A program made the translations under genes and the position numbers. A DNA stretch of 60,582 nt, filler included, from Stramenopiles sp. TOSAG23-2 (Eukaryota): the NCBI GenBank assembly GCA_900128395.1. It is 8 parts of 8 records of this genome, joined end to end, with 100 filler letters (N's around TTAATTAATTAA, not from the genome) between each part and the next. Parts side by side here need not be neighbours in the genome. Positions count along the whole stretch, not along the records: positions 28,901 to 38,358 come from LT650100.1; positions 38,459 to 47,900 come from LT650101.1; 6 more parts are not named here. One strand, 5' to 3'. The notes below the pieces were generated by a model. That model was not told where the DNA came from and made no database searches. It saw only the letters and a list, made by a program, of their open reading frames with translations. Positions 33,501 to 43,400 of the stretch are shown here, piece by piece (the stretch's first letter is position 1; every line of letters starts with the position of its first letter).

Positions 33501-34611
33501 CTTTGAAAGTGTAGATACGCGCAATGCAGCACCATTTACTAAAGTTAGCAATTGGTACCATTACAAAGATGGTACTAGTCGACAATGTTATATAAGAACA
33601 GACATAACCAATCGTTATTTTGATTGTTCACCAAGTGCTTTTGGAGAATATTCATCAAAACCATTTGAACTGAAGGGTATAATTACAAAGCCAATAGGTG
33701 ATAAACAAGGATGTAACGAATTTGCGGAGCCCACACACACGAAAGGAAAAATCGTTTATCTGGATCGTGGTGGGTGCCTGTTTGAAGAGAAAGTATTATA
33801 TGCCCAAAAAGCTGGCGCAATTGGTGTTATCATTGGCTTGATAAATAAAGATGATAAATTGTTTATAATGGCTGGTATAGAAGCAAGTACAGGCTTAGTA
33901 ATGAATACAGCAGAGACTATTACGGAAGAAGGTTTTGAAGGAGAAGTTGCTTTGTCCCAAGCAAGTTTATCTGCAGAAGAGGTAAAAGAATACGAACGTG
34001 ATTTAGCTGTTGTGAAAAAATTAATTGATGGTAATGATAATAATGAAGATGATGGAAAACAGAAAATTGGGGAAGGTATCAAAACGTTAATTGTGCACTT
34101 GGTAAACAATTTAAAAAGCGATAAAATTCCAATGAAGGCAAAGAAAAATGTAGTATCATTAGCATTGCGAATATTGTCTTTAGATCCATCGAAACCTCTT
34201 ACCCCAAATATTTATTCGGAAATAATGGAAGGCATTAAGGCAACGCAAGTGCATGTAAATCTTGGCAAGCCTGGTGGGAGTGAAAGTGAAAATGACGAGG
34301 ACGACGCGACACTTAATTATGACACGAAGATACCAGTTATACAAGTATCCTTTCAAAGTGCTCGCCAAATAAAGTCATTAATAAATGCATATGCCGCTAT
34401 GGAAGACCGCCCTGTTATAACTATTGCAAATCAATTGCCAAATAACATACCAAAATCAATTCGTAGTACACATACTGCAGTATTAAAAGGGAATGTTAGT
34501 AATATAGATTTATTAACCCGTGGAGAATGGGGTGTTAATTTAAATTTAAAAGAGAATGAGTGGCAGCTTGGTATTACAAAACGGGTGGGTAATGTCGACC
34601 CAAATCCATAA
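30583..34611 (+). CDS. EDEM3-like GH47 alpha-1,2-mannosidase with N-terminal MRH (OS-9/PRKCSH-like) domain and C-terminal PA domain
   Basis: GH47 motifs AFPMDELSP, TLIDTLDTL, SVFETNIRILGGLLSAH, ADSFYEYLLK, YPLRPEMIES, SFFLSETLKYLYLLF and STEAH; PA-like RGGCLFEEKVLYAQKAGAIGVII; MRH-like FYYRWC...NGRLC...VTFTC...IDEIRPCLYIMEV; N-terminal hydrophobic signal/anchor. Confidence 0.9.
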   Translation: MPNFSPYCFVYNNNSNNNNNNSKYCNNYTTANKFLFIVLLLNIFVFSSTVTSSNVFQHTTETIEKCLIEDKDDLCLISRKNEFYYRWCNLETVERIHMTEYGVPEERQTPWLVIGRYAEEPSNANTQFFFNGRLCPNSPDPYHAEVTFTCCPKERKRDEILSIDEIRPCLYIMEVCTSCHCEESSINVITDRENKEAESTWSVKSEKRVLRQLNDTGGFAQIINQDEILDTSDVEYDDDLGLNDEINEIYQMIDEEMEFAKQEKQRQENERRLQAQKEEAEKFDIKQDEANGKAEEGEKQRKLEEDKVKHNRHVEQKRKRDKQGEEKTKMEERNFNENDSAEGKLKGTRNLRDLVNNINLENLRNRVKRMFYHGYKNYMSKAFPMDELSPISCAGSIQKQTGGSMLTLIDTLDTLVVLGDYDEFVKGVRTVSDMASYKLDQNISVFETNIRILGGLLSAHILALDRRELGITEAFLNSPPHLPYDGKLLDLALDLGDRLIPAFETKTGIPYGTVNLMKGVPPKETSISSLAGAGTLYLELGLLSSLSRDPKYAEISRRGMVELFSRRNKKTDLFGAHIDTKTGSWTEAHAGIGSNADSFYEYLLKCYILFDDVDMFYMFREAYDAVLLHLKQGPWYRDAQIRDGGNVRTQYNNLQAFWPGLQMDIGHVSDAVDSLNVIHSLWRKYGFTPEHYDWQKRRLIGTSGRREYPLRPEMIESIYHVHEYFKSHGDAAVAASWIEAGKVVLEGLETTRVNCGYAAVKNVETKELEDNMPSFFLSETLKYLYLLFDSDNNPFSSSAIMPSSKKKSFVFSTEAHIFDIEEGQRINFIDINYQPKVYAKKKEKFKVNNAVFESVLKCHSRPWWERAELIFNAPGIAAGNKINSGTGRGKAFLSSLNSGSSSSSNNNEATVHEMTGSPTENGGKLMHLNIPDLGSFDVEAFPGGFQIRNHNDNLFLEIANLGGEPVMISEGHHFESVDTRNAAPFTKVSNWYHYKDGTSRQCYIRTDITNRYFDCSPSAFGEYSSKPFELKGIITKPIGDKQGCNEFAEPTHTKGKIVYLDRGGCLFEEKVLYAQKAGAIGVIIGLINKDDKLFIMAGIEASTGLVMNTAETITEEGFEGEVALSQASLSAEEVKEYERDLAVVKKLIDGNDNNEDDGKQKIGEGIKTLIVHLVNNLKSDKIPMKAKKNVVSLALRILSLDPSKPLTPNIYSEIMEGIKATQVHVNLGKPGGSESENDEDDATLNYDTKIPVIQVSFQSARQIKSLINAYAAMEDRPVITIANQLPNNIPKSIRSTHTAVLKGNVSNIDLLTRGEWGVNLNLKENEWQLGITKRVGNVDPNP

Positions 34612-34676
34612 AGTTTTATGATACACGTGTATAATTAATTAAGCATGTACCCATATTATATTTTTATATTTAAATC

Positions 34677-34805
34677 TTTTTTGAATATTCGTACTAAAAA
34701 TAATTTTTACTAAACTTTATAAAAATCATTTTTGATTTGAGATGTTAATGAACGGGAGTAAAAGAAATTTATATAATATATGAGTAAGAGAACATTTTAT
34801 ATATA
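34677..34805. repeat. Second, partial copy of the 22236-22445 MITE-like family
   Basis: Shares aatcatttttgatttgagatgttaat.aacgggagtaaaagaa...atatgagtaagagaacattttatata. Confidence 0.75.
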
Positions 34806-34883
34806 TATATATATCATAATGCATATCATATCATAATATTATATTATTTGTATATTGAGATATGCATTTGCTAAAATATTGTT

Positions 34884-36830
34884 TCATTTCTCTGTTGAAG
34901 ATACACGTATGGTACCTGCTCCACATCTTAAAACCGTAACAGCAAACGAATCTAATACGACTGCTAAATTTTTTCTAGATATTATGGTTTCTCTTGGTAC
35001 ACCATCACCAGTTTCCACATCTACCGTATATGTTTGGCAATTCGCTTCGAGATCAACAGTATCTCCGACCAAATCTAATTGAATGTTTTGTTTTGAAACA
35101 TTTTTATTCACCAATACCGTGGTTTTCATTTTCCCATCTGCAGTTACAAACCCTTGCACATATAAATCATCATTTCCCCAATTTGTCTCAACTAGTTTAT
35201 CCCCAACATTGGTATAATCAATCATCATCTTCAAGACCCAATACCTAGCATTTCCCATACCCGTGCTATAATTTAGCATGGCAACTGAAGGATCTCTTGC
35301 CTCGAGTCCTAAAGATTCTATATTTGGGTATGCTGTTAGTTGAGACCAACCAATAACTTCAATATTTTCTTTCATCAATTTTAAATATAAATATGTGTTA
35401 TAAGATGCTGCAGCGTTCCAATAAAGACTTGGTAAGGAGCTTCCTGAATTCATTGTGCCAATTTCATCAATTGTAGTTTTTACATGAGGTGCTAATCTTT
35501 TTTTAATCTCATTGTGTTTCTGAACTTCAATGACAAATGCATCTGCACTGCCTGATTTTCCAGAAAAATAGCATTCGTTAAAATCTGCTGGATCCATTGA
35601 ATCACAGCTTGCATATTGATGGTAGCTAATCCAATCAATTTTAGGCTTGTGACCATCGATAATTTTATGATTTGAAACATTTAAAAATGTGTTAAGCCAT
35701 TCTGTGGCAGAATCCCCATGTCTACAAAGTGCCAATCCAACTAAAACAATATCAGGAACTTCTTTCACAAGTGCAGCTGCAACATAATCATACTCTTGCG
35801 TATATTGTTCTGCTGTATGCATGTGTTCTGATTCTGGCTCATTAAATACTTCCCACATATTTATATTAATTAGCTTTTCATTAGGATTTACAATGTATTC
35901 CCCAAATTCATCATGGAAGCCACCCTTTACGTAATATCGTATTAATCTTCGGTAATATTGGCTAATTAAATATTTCTCTGATTGAGATAAATTAGAATCA
36001 CCTTGTATATAAGCATCGTTTAAGTTTGGATTATCAATATACGCCCATGTTGTTGTATCATACATCCATGCTGGTTGAGTTGACCAATTTGGAATACGTT
36101 TTGAATTTAAAGGCGTGTTTTCAAAAAATGCGTACATCATAGGATCTAAAATTTCAAAGTTCCATGAAGTGTAATTAAATGGAACTTTACATTTTGCTTG
36201 TACAGCTAACATTTTTTTAGCTTGTGAAGAACATGATCCTTTATTTATTTTTTCAATCTGCAATAATAACTCTACACCATTTATGGAACAAATTGATTTT
36301 CCGACACATTGTCTTGAAATTTCCTCAATGACGTTCTGGCTGCAAGTCTTGTTCTCTTGAAAGCCTAAACACATCTTGTCTTTTGATGTCGCTAATCGAT
36401 TGGGCAAACCATAATTGGCAAAGACAATGTTATCGATAATATTGCCTTTCATTTTATTATTATTTGTACAATCAATTGAAATATTATAAATTGATATATC
36501 AATTGGTCCGTAACACAATCCAGTAGATGCTGGCGAAGGTGGCTCAAGTTCAGCAACAGCCCTTCTAGGAAATGGAAACCATGGAACATAGCGAACGTAA
36601 TTTGCATTTAAATTATTCAAACTCTCAAAAGCTTGTTTAAATATCGGAGATTGAAATGCAATATCTTTTGCCAACAACGGGTTGGTAACTACTTGCAATG
36701 TTGGCGTTGAAATACTAGTTTGAAGTACTATATTATAGTCAATTTTTACGTTCGTTATATCAGAACATGTTGAACTTACTAATAAAATGCCTATAGTTAA
36801 GAAGAAAGCTATGGCGTTTACATGCACCAT
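34884..36830 (-). CDS. Secreted clan GH-A (GH39-like) glycoside hydrolase with inserted SUEL/galactose-binding lectin domain
   Basis: Signal peptide; acid/base WEVFNEPE; ISYHQY; nucleophile-like TTIDEIG; lectin-like IDC...IVFANYGLP...C...CVGKSICSI lies between YVPWFPFPRRAVAEL and TSWNFEILDP. Confidence 0.75.
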   Translation of the reverse strand: MVHVNAIAFFLTIGILLVSSTCSDITNVKIDYNIVLQTSISTPTLQVVTNPLLAKDIAFQSPIFKQAFESLNNLNANYVRYVPWFPFPRRAVAELEPPSPASTGLCYGPIDISIYNISIDCTNNNKMKGNIIDNIVFANYGLPNRLATSKDKMCLGFQENKTCSQNVIEEISRQCVGKSICSINGVELLLQIEKINKGSCSSQAKKMLAVQAKCKVPFNYTSWNFEILDPMMYAFFENTPLNSKRIPNWSTQPAWMYDTTTWAYIDNPNLNDAYIQGDSNLSQSEKYLISQYYRRLIRYYVKGGFHDEFGEYIVNPNEKLININMWEVFNEPESEHMHTAEQYTQEYDYVAAALVKEVPDIVLVGLALCRHGDSATEWLNTFLNVSNHKIIDGHKPKIDWISYHQYASCDSMDPADFNECYFSGKSGSADAFVIEVQKHNEIKKRLAPHVKTTIDEIGTMNSGSSLPSLYWNAAASYNTYLYLKLMKENIEVIGWSQLTAYPNIESLGLEARDPSVAMLNYSTGMGNARYWVLKMMIDYTNVGDKLVETNWGNDDLYVQGFVTADGKMKTTVLVNKNVSKQNIQLDLVGDTVDLEANCQTYTVDVETGDGVPRETIISRKNLAVVLDSFAVTVLRCGAGTIRVSSTEK

Positions 36831-36991
36831 AGTTTTAATTCAACTGTTTGTGATTTATTTTGATGTATAAAATTTAATATATATCATCTGCAAATTCTTT
36901 TCGTTATTTTATATTTTTAATATTAGACTTGATGCTTGAATATATATCATCTAATTCTTCTTGTAAGAAAATGTGATGTATAGTCTCATGC

Positions 36992-38153
36992 AATATTTGC
37001 ACAGTAGTGCAAATATTTGAAAGGAGTGCTGTGTGCATGCTACGCATGCACAAACACTCCATGATATTTACCTGTTATAAAATTACATAGAAGTGCAAAT
37101 ATTTGAAAGGAGTGCTGTGTGCATGCTACGCATGCACAAACACTCCATGATATTTACCTGTTATAAAATTACATAGACACAGCACTACTTGAAAAACAAC
37201 TTGATATGAAAAATATGAGGTACGAAAAGTTGAAATTTCCTTCACTGGTGTTATTTTGACTAAGTTAATTTTATTAGATAGGAATACTTTTATACTTATA
37301 TGTACATTTAATATACGAATCTCAAAAAAATAAGAGATTTTGTGGGAAAAACATTGATTAATATAAATAAATCCAAAATTTTGACAATAGAAATGACCTT
37401 TTTTCTTGAGAATCGGTTTGTAATTTTGTATCTGTATTACATTTGTATAATATAATGTATAATAATATAAACTAAAAAACCTTAAAATAGGATATTCTGA
37501 GATAAGTGCTTCCTAATTGGGTCAAATGGAAAAATATGCTGTTTTGAGGAAGAATTTAGACATTTTATCCGTATTTATATTATTGTTTTCAGCATCAAAA
37601 TACGCCTAGTTTTTCATTTAATGTACTCGATTCCTTTGAATTTATTACTATAATTCCACATTTCTCATACAATAGGCAATTCAGACAATTCTGTTGCGAT
37701 AACATCACTCAGCATTAAACTACTCTTAAAATCTACTATAGGCATATCATTATTTAAAGTCTAATGGTAAAGCAATGCTATTCAAATATTTGCACAGTTG
37801 TGCAAATATTGTAGAAAAAAGTGCATCAATTTCGGCTCCTATTAAAGTTTATAAATATCTACTGTAAGAGAGTACATAAAAAAACGTCCTTTTTTCTACA
37901 ATATTTGCACAGGTATGCAAATATTTGATGTTTCTAATACTGTATGGTCTTAGTTTTGGTTCCTATCACTACTGTGCAAATATTTGGTACTAAATCTAAA
38001 AATCAGCACTTCCTGTGCAAATATTGTAGAAGAATGAGTATTATAATATATATAATGAGTAATGAGCCGGGATAACATGGACATAGCATTATTATATTAT
38101 TTGGTACTAAATCTAAAAATCAGCACTTCCTGTGCAAATATTGTAGAAGAATG
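36992..38153. repeat. Cluster of TGCAAATATT motifs, many as head-to-head palindromes, plus an 86-bp tandem duplication containing a hairpin
   Basis: AATATTTGCAC-N-GTGCAAATATT at 36992-37017 and 37785-37810, imperfect at ~37900-37925; single motifs at ~37093, 37974, 38015, 38132; duplication 37006-37177. Confidence 0.8.
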
Positions 38154-38307
38154 GTTTTTTTTTTTTGCAATTATTGATGTCAATATACCTTAAAGTAGAA
38201 AAATAAAAGATAGCGCTAAATAAAAATGGAGCAAGAGCCAGGCCCAGGGCAGGCCCACTGGACGGGCTCGTTTAAGCTAAAAGGGGTTTTTTCCCGATGC
38301 TGTGTCC

Positions 38308-38353
38308 ATGGTAAAATGTGCCCTGAAAAATTTTTCAGGGCACATTTTACCAT
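38308..38353. repeat. Perfect 46-bp palindrome at contig end
   Basis: atggtaaaatgtgccctgaaaaa|tttttcagggcacattttaccat. Confidence 0.95.
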
Positions 38354-38358
38354 CTACC

Positions 38359-38458
38359 NNNNNNNNNNNNNNNNNNNNNNNNNNNNNNNNNNNNNNNNNN
38401 NNTTAATTAATTAANNNNNNNNNNNNNNNNNNNNNNNNNNNNNNNNNNNNNNNNNNNN
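38359..38458. other. Artificial contig linker
   Basis: N-TTAATTAATTAA-N, 100 bp. Confidence 0.97.
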
Positions 38459-38640
38459 TTCGTTATGCGTTTTACTAATTTTTTTAGATAAATTGAATTA
38501 TTATTATTATTATATTATTTCTCACAATCCGTTCCGTCATGCGTCTTAATAATTTAAAAAAAAAGAAAAATGTAACCTACATCAATTTATAATACAAGTA
38601 AAAGTTGTAAATTTGCAATCTCATATATGAATATGATATC

Positions 38641-38924
38641 TAAACAAGTATTTATTCATTCTCTCCATGTGACTTACAAGCAATTATATTAATATCTGTC
38701 GTAGTAGTACCAAATCTAAAATATATAAAATTTAGAAAATTAATAAAAATGTGTCCAAAAATTAATAAAATTAAAAAAAAAATAAACAAGTATTTATTCA
38801 TTCTCTCCATGTGACTTACAAGCAATTATATTAATATCTGTCGTAGTAGTACCAAATCTAAAATATATAAAATTTAGAAAATTAATAAAAATGTGTCCAA
38901 AAATTAATAAAATTAAAAAAAAAA
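38641..38924. repeat. Exact 142-bp tandem duplication
   Basis: taaacaagtatttattcattctctccatgtgac... starts at 38641 and again at 38783. Confidence 0.9.
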
Positions 38925-39249
38925 TGTAAAGAAGAAAGAAGCACCTAAATGTTGTATTATATTACTCGTAATATTATTGGATTTATTAATTATCTCATCA
39001 GATATTATTGATAGAACGATATGAATTTAGTATAATTCATTTTGTACTTAGCATCATTTCACCTTCCACCCAAAATCCAAAATTATTTCTATAAAATTAA
39101 CTATGTCCTTAAGTACTAAGCTAATATATGTACTATGTACTATATACCATGTGGATTTTGACCCTGTATGATCGGTAATTTTTAAGTATATAAATTTGTA
39201 TTCTAAATAGACTAATAAAAGAAACCGAAAAAGCCGTGAAAGAAAAGTG

Positions 39250-39705
39250 ATGCTGAAAAATTGGGTTGATTGGTGTAAAAACTGTACTGAAGAAAGGTTG
39301 GAGCTAGGGTTGCCTTCCGATCCATATAAGGTTTACAAATACGATGGATGGATCGATTGGTATGCTTTTTTTAATACACCACCACCTGTAAGATCAGATA
39401 CAAGAATATCATATAATGACTTACAACAATTTGTAAAAGAAAAAGGTATTAAAGGTGCAGATGAGTATCGTGAATGGTGTAAAAATAATCCTGAAGAAGT
39501 AACATCAGATACAAGAATATCATATAATGATTTACAACAATTTGTAAAAGAAAAAGGTATTAAAGGTGCAGATGAGTATCGTGAATGGTTTAATAACAAT
39601 TCTGAAGAAAGATTGAAACGTGGAATACCATCTGCTCCATACGAAGCTTATGGTGATGAATGGAATAATTGGTATGATTTGTTAGATAAACCAAGAAGAA
39701 AGTAA
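39250..39705 (+). CDS. Integrase-repeat-unit (INT_rpt)-like protein, probably partial or degenerate
   Basis: Units LPSDPYKVYKYDGWIDWYAFF and IPSAPYEAYGDEWNNWYDLL, each preceded by a 'FVKEKGIK...EYREW'-type helix; near-identical 111-bp internal repeat at 39394 and 39505. Confidence 0.65.
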   Translation: MLKNWVDWCKNCTEERLELGLPSDPYKVYKYDGWIDWYAFFNTPPPVRSDTRISYNDLQQFVKEKGIKGADEYREWCKNNPEEVTSDTRISYNDLQQFVKEKGIKGADEYREWFNNNSEERLKRGIPSAPYEAYGDEWNNWYDLLDKPRRK

Positions 39706-39871
39706 ACAATGCAGGCTAAAATCATAAACTAGTCCGCATACACCCCCGAAAGAAGAGTTTAATAAGTAAACCGCTTTTCTATTGATAACATAAGAGAGAG
39801 AAAAACAGGCAAAAAAAAAGCTAGTTGTTTTAACACACCACACATCTCTCAAAAAAAATTAAAGTAGTAGT

Positions 39872-40427
39872 AGTAGTATAGTACGAGACGGTTTGTAGTA
39901 GTATTAAAATATAGATCGAATAATACAAGTATTTTTCATAAAAAGACAATAAAATGTGTACATGTTGCATTTTAGAGCATTTTATTTTAAAAGTAAAAAT
40001 TATAAAAGCCCTCCCCTCCTCTCTTATAATATTATATTAATATATACACTGTTCATTCGTACCCTCGTAATTTTTTTTCAATAATATCTCTTTCAATGCA
40101 TTCTGGAACTTAATAAATTAGTAATTTCAATTTGATTTTTTTTTGGAAGTAGTATAGTACGAGACGGTTTGTAGTAGTATTAAAATATAGATCGAATAAT
40201 ACACAGTATTTTTCATAAAAAGACAATAAAATGTGTGCATGTTGCATTTTAGCATTTTATTTAAAAGTAAAAATTTTAAAAGCCCTCCCCTCCTCTCTTA
40301 TACGAAGTAATATTTATATCATAATACACTGTCCATTCGTACCCTCGTATTTTTTTTCAATAATATCTCTCTCAATGCATTCTGGAACTTAATAAATTAG
40401 TAATTTCAATTTGATTTTTTTTTGGAA
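39872..40427. repeat. Slightly diverged ~280-bp tandem duplication of the TBC gene 3' end and UTR (likely two haplotypes)
   Basis: 39872-40148 and 40148-40427 differ by a few SNPs and indels. Confidence 0.85.
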
Positions 40428-43400
40428 TATGAATATCTTTCAATTTTGAAAACAATGCTTTTTCTGTAATCAAATCATTCCAAATTGCTTCATTTTGTTC
40501 CCCTTTTCTATTGACTATTGCATAACATTCTTCAAATGTATTTGCTAATTTTAACTTTGGTTTTAACAATAAAATAATACATAAACCAATGCGAAACAAT
40601 AACGGAAATCCATCTAATAGAAAACAATCCCATACCCTTGAAGTTACACGCAATGGTAATACCCTTGCAAAAAGTGTTTGAAACCAGCCAAATAAGTACA
40701 GTTCTGGTACAATTTTTAATTCATTAAATTTTTTACTAATACTTTTTGTAGTCGCTTCTAATGCGGATTGAAAAATTGGATAATGTGAACTGATGGCATT
40801 AACATCTAACATGAAAAATGCAAATAAATGTTCGGAGACTAATAAATTTGCTAAACATGTAAATGCGCTAAACGTATCAGGCATATACAAGCACAACAAG
40901 GCGGCAATGTATGACATACCTTGCACATATCCAATATCAGGCCTATATTTACAATAAATTTCTAAAATTTCCTTCAACTCTGAATGAAAAGCACCTTGTT
41001 CCCCAAATAGACCCAACTTTGCAAACGTGCGGGGTAAATCGTTTCCTAACGTAGTTGCAAAAGAAGAGGAAAAAGAATTTGTTTCTATCATCGTGGATGT
41101 TGCCAACATACGATTTTTATCGTTTTCGTTTGCCATATTGTTTTCTTTCTGCAACATTTCAAATAATTTCTTCGTAACTTTCAAACGATTACCAATCGCT
41201 AATTTCCATACGCGGCCTCTTAATGTTTGAGGAATTCCTATAAACATATATTTACGTAATAATGTCATGTAATTAACATTTCGTTTTAACGAGTTTTCCC
41301 ATTGTGGTAATATCTTCTTTTCCCATACTTGGAAATTTTTCTCTACTTCTTTTTGATTATTTCCACCAGGATTAATTGGGGTATTGAAATCATTACTGCT
41401 ACTGGCAGTAATATGAATCATTTCTTCAATATCTTCTTCATTATTGCTTGTACCACCATCCTCCTCCATGCCATCTATTAACATATTGTCTGTGCTATTA
41501 TTTAAGTTTTCCAATACAGTATTGGTTGGGCTATCCATTTGTGTCTCACGTCTCTTGTCATTATAATATTCCATATCACCACACAAAAATAACGTAAATG
41601 ATGTACTACATTTAATAGTAATAACTGATTTCTTTTTAAATTTACCTTTTTGAAATGCTTTCATCAATGTGGGATATTTAGTATCACGAAAGTGGCCTAA
41701 ACCTAAGTTGCCACTAGTATTTTGACCAAATGTCCAAACTAAACCTTTTTTTGTCATTACTACGCTATGGTATTCACCACATGCAATTTGCACAATCGCA
41801 TCATCGTCTTCTAAACCTGGTAACGTAATTTGTTCTGGCACGCTAGTTGAAATCCCAGCAATACCCAATTGACCTTCGAGACCACGACCCCATGAAAATA
41901 ACACATTTCTTTCATGTACAGTATCATCATCATCATTATTACTATTATTATTATTTTTGCTGTTGCCATCATCTCTATTCCCATCCGTTGTAGATGACGC
42001 CGTTGCGGCAAATAAAGATCGTTGACAAATTGCAAGTGTATGTTGCCCACCACAACTTAATTCTTTACATTTCCATTTTGATGTAAAATCGGAATGTAAA
42101 ACAGTTGGAGTCTGTATATCTTTCAATATAGATCCTTGAGCAAGCTCACCATTACCACCATAACCAAATGCATAAATGAATCCATTCTCACGATCGACAA
42201 TAATACTATGGCGAAATCCACATGCAATTTTAGCAGCAATAATTTTGTTTGTTTTTTTCAAAACAAAAACATTCGCTTTATCCTTCTTCTTATTGATGGC
42301 AGTATTATTGCTTCCACTACTAACACCGACGCCAATCATTTTCGAAAACGACGGAAACAATAATTTAGACGAGGATGATGCTAATTTAATCGTATTGAAC
42401 TTCGATATTAATTTTGGTTCCCATTGATCTCTTGTATGGCCAAGTCCTAATCTTCCATTTAAACCATTGCCAAAACTATAGACATTACCTTCACTAGTCC
42501 GTGCTAATGTATGAGAATCACCACATTCAATTTGAACAACATTTTTCCCCATGAAGCTCATCACTAAATGTGGTTTATCAACATAAAATTTGTTTACATT
42601 AACATTCTTATCCTTATTGCTATTATTATTATTATTATTATTACTTTGCATTACGATTTGATTGGATTGTTCTTGATGATTGGCTAATCCCAATCTACCA
42701 TTTGATCCTAATCCCCATGTAAAGACATCACCACTTTGGCATACAACACAACAATGCTTTGACCCACATGCAATTGATATTATATGACGATTGTGTAAAA
42801 TTTTTTCCAATGCCATGGTTTTCACTAATTCTGGCATTTTGACATTGTTATTATTATGTACACTATTATTATTATTAATATTATTGATATCATTATTATT
42901 GGTACCACTGCTATAATTATTAATATTATTATTATTATTAGTAGTAGTAGTAGTAGTAGCATCATTATCATCACCGATCCACCAATATAAATCTGAATCT
43001 GTTGATAAACATAATACATTTTCACCTTTAACACTGCACGCAAATTGTGCAATATCTTTATCTTTTAATGGACCAAATGTGAAAAAATCATCAAGCGATG
43101 TACTGACATCTTGTTTTTGAGGTAATAACCCAACTCCGTAAAGTTTCTGTTTCATATTATTACTATTCTGTTGTCGTATTATTGATAATTCACCTCCTAA
43201 TGATTGTAGGGACAATGATGATATAGAAGCTATTTTTGAAGTTTCACTATTTGGATCGTGAATACTTTCTTTTAAAAATGCTTCAACTTCTTCACATTTT
43301 CTTAATTCTTCTTGAAGTTGTAGATTTATTTCCTCATCTGTTAGACTGTTACGATTACTATTTCTATTTTCATAATATAGATCTTCCTCTTTTTTTATTA

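Noticed and set aside
36992-39705. Palindrome-rich block plus INT_rpt gene as one mobile element
   Set aside because: They are separated by an artificial linker (38359-38458), so they lie on different contigs and linkage is unsupported
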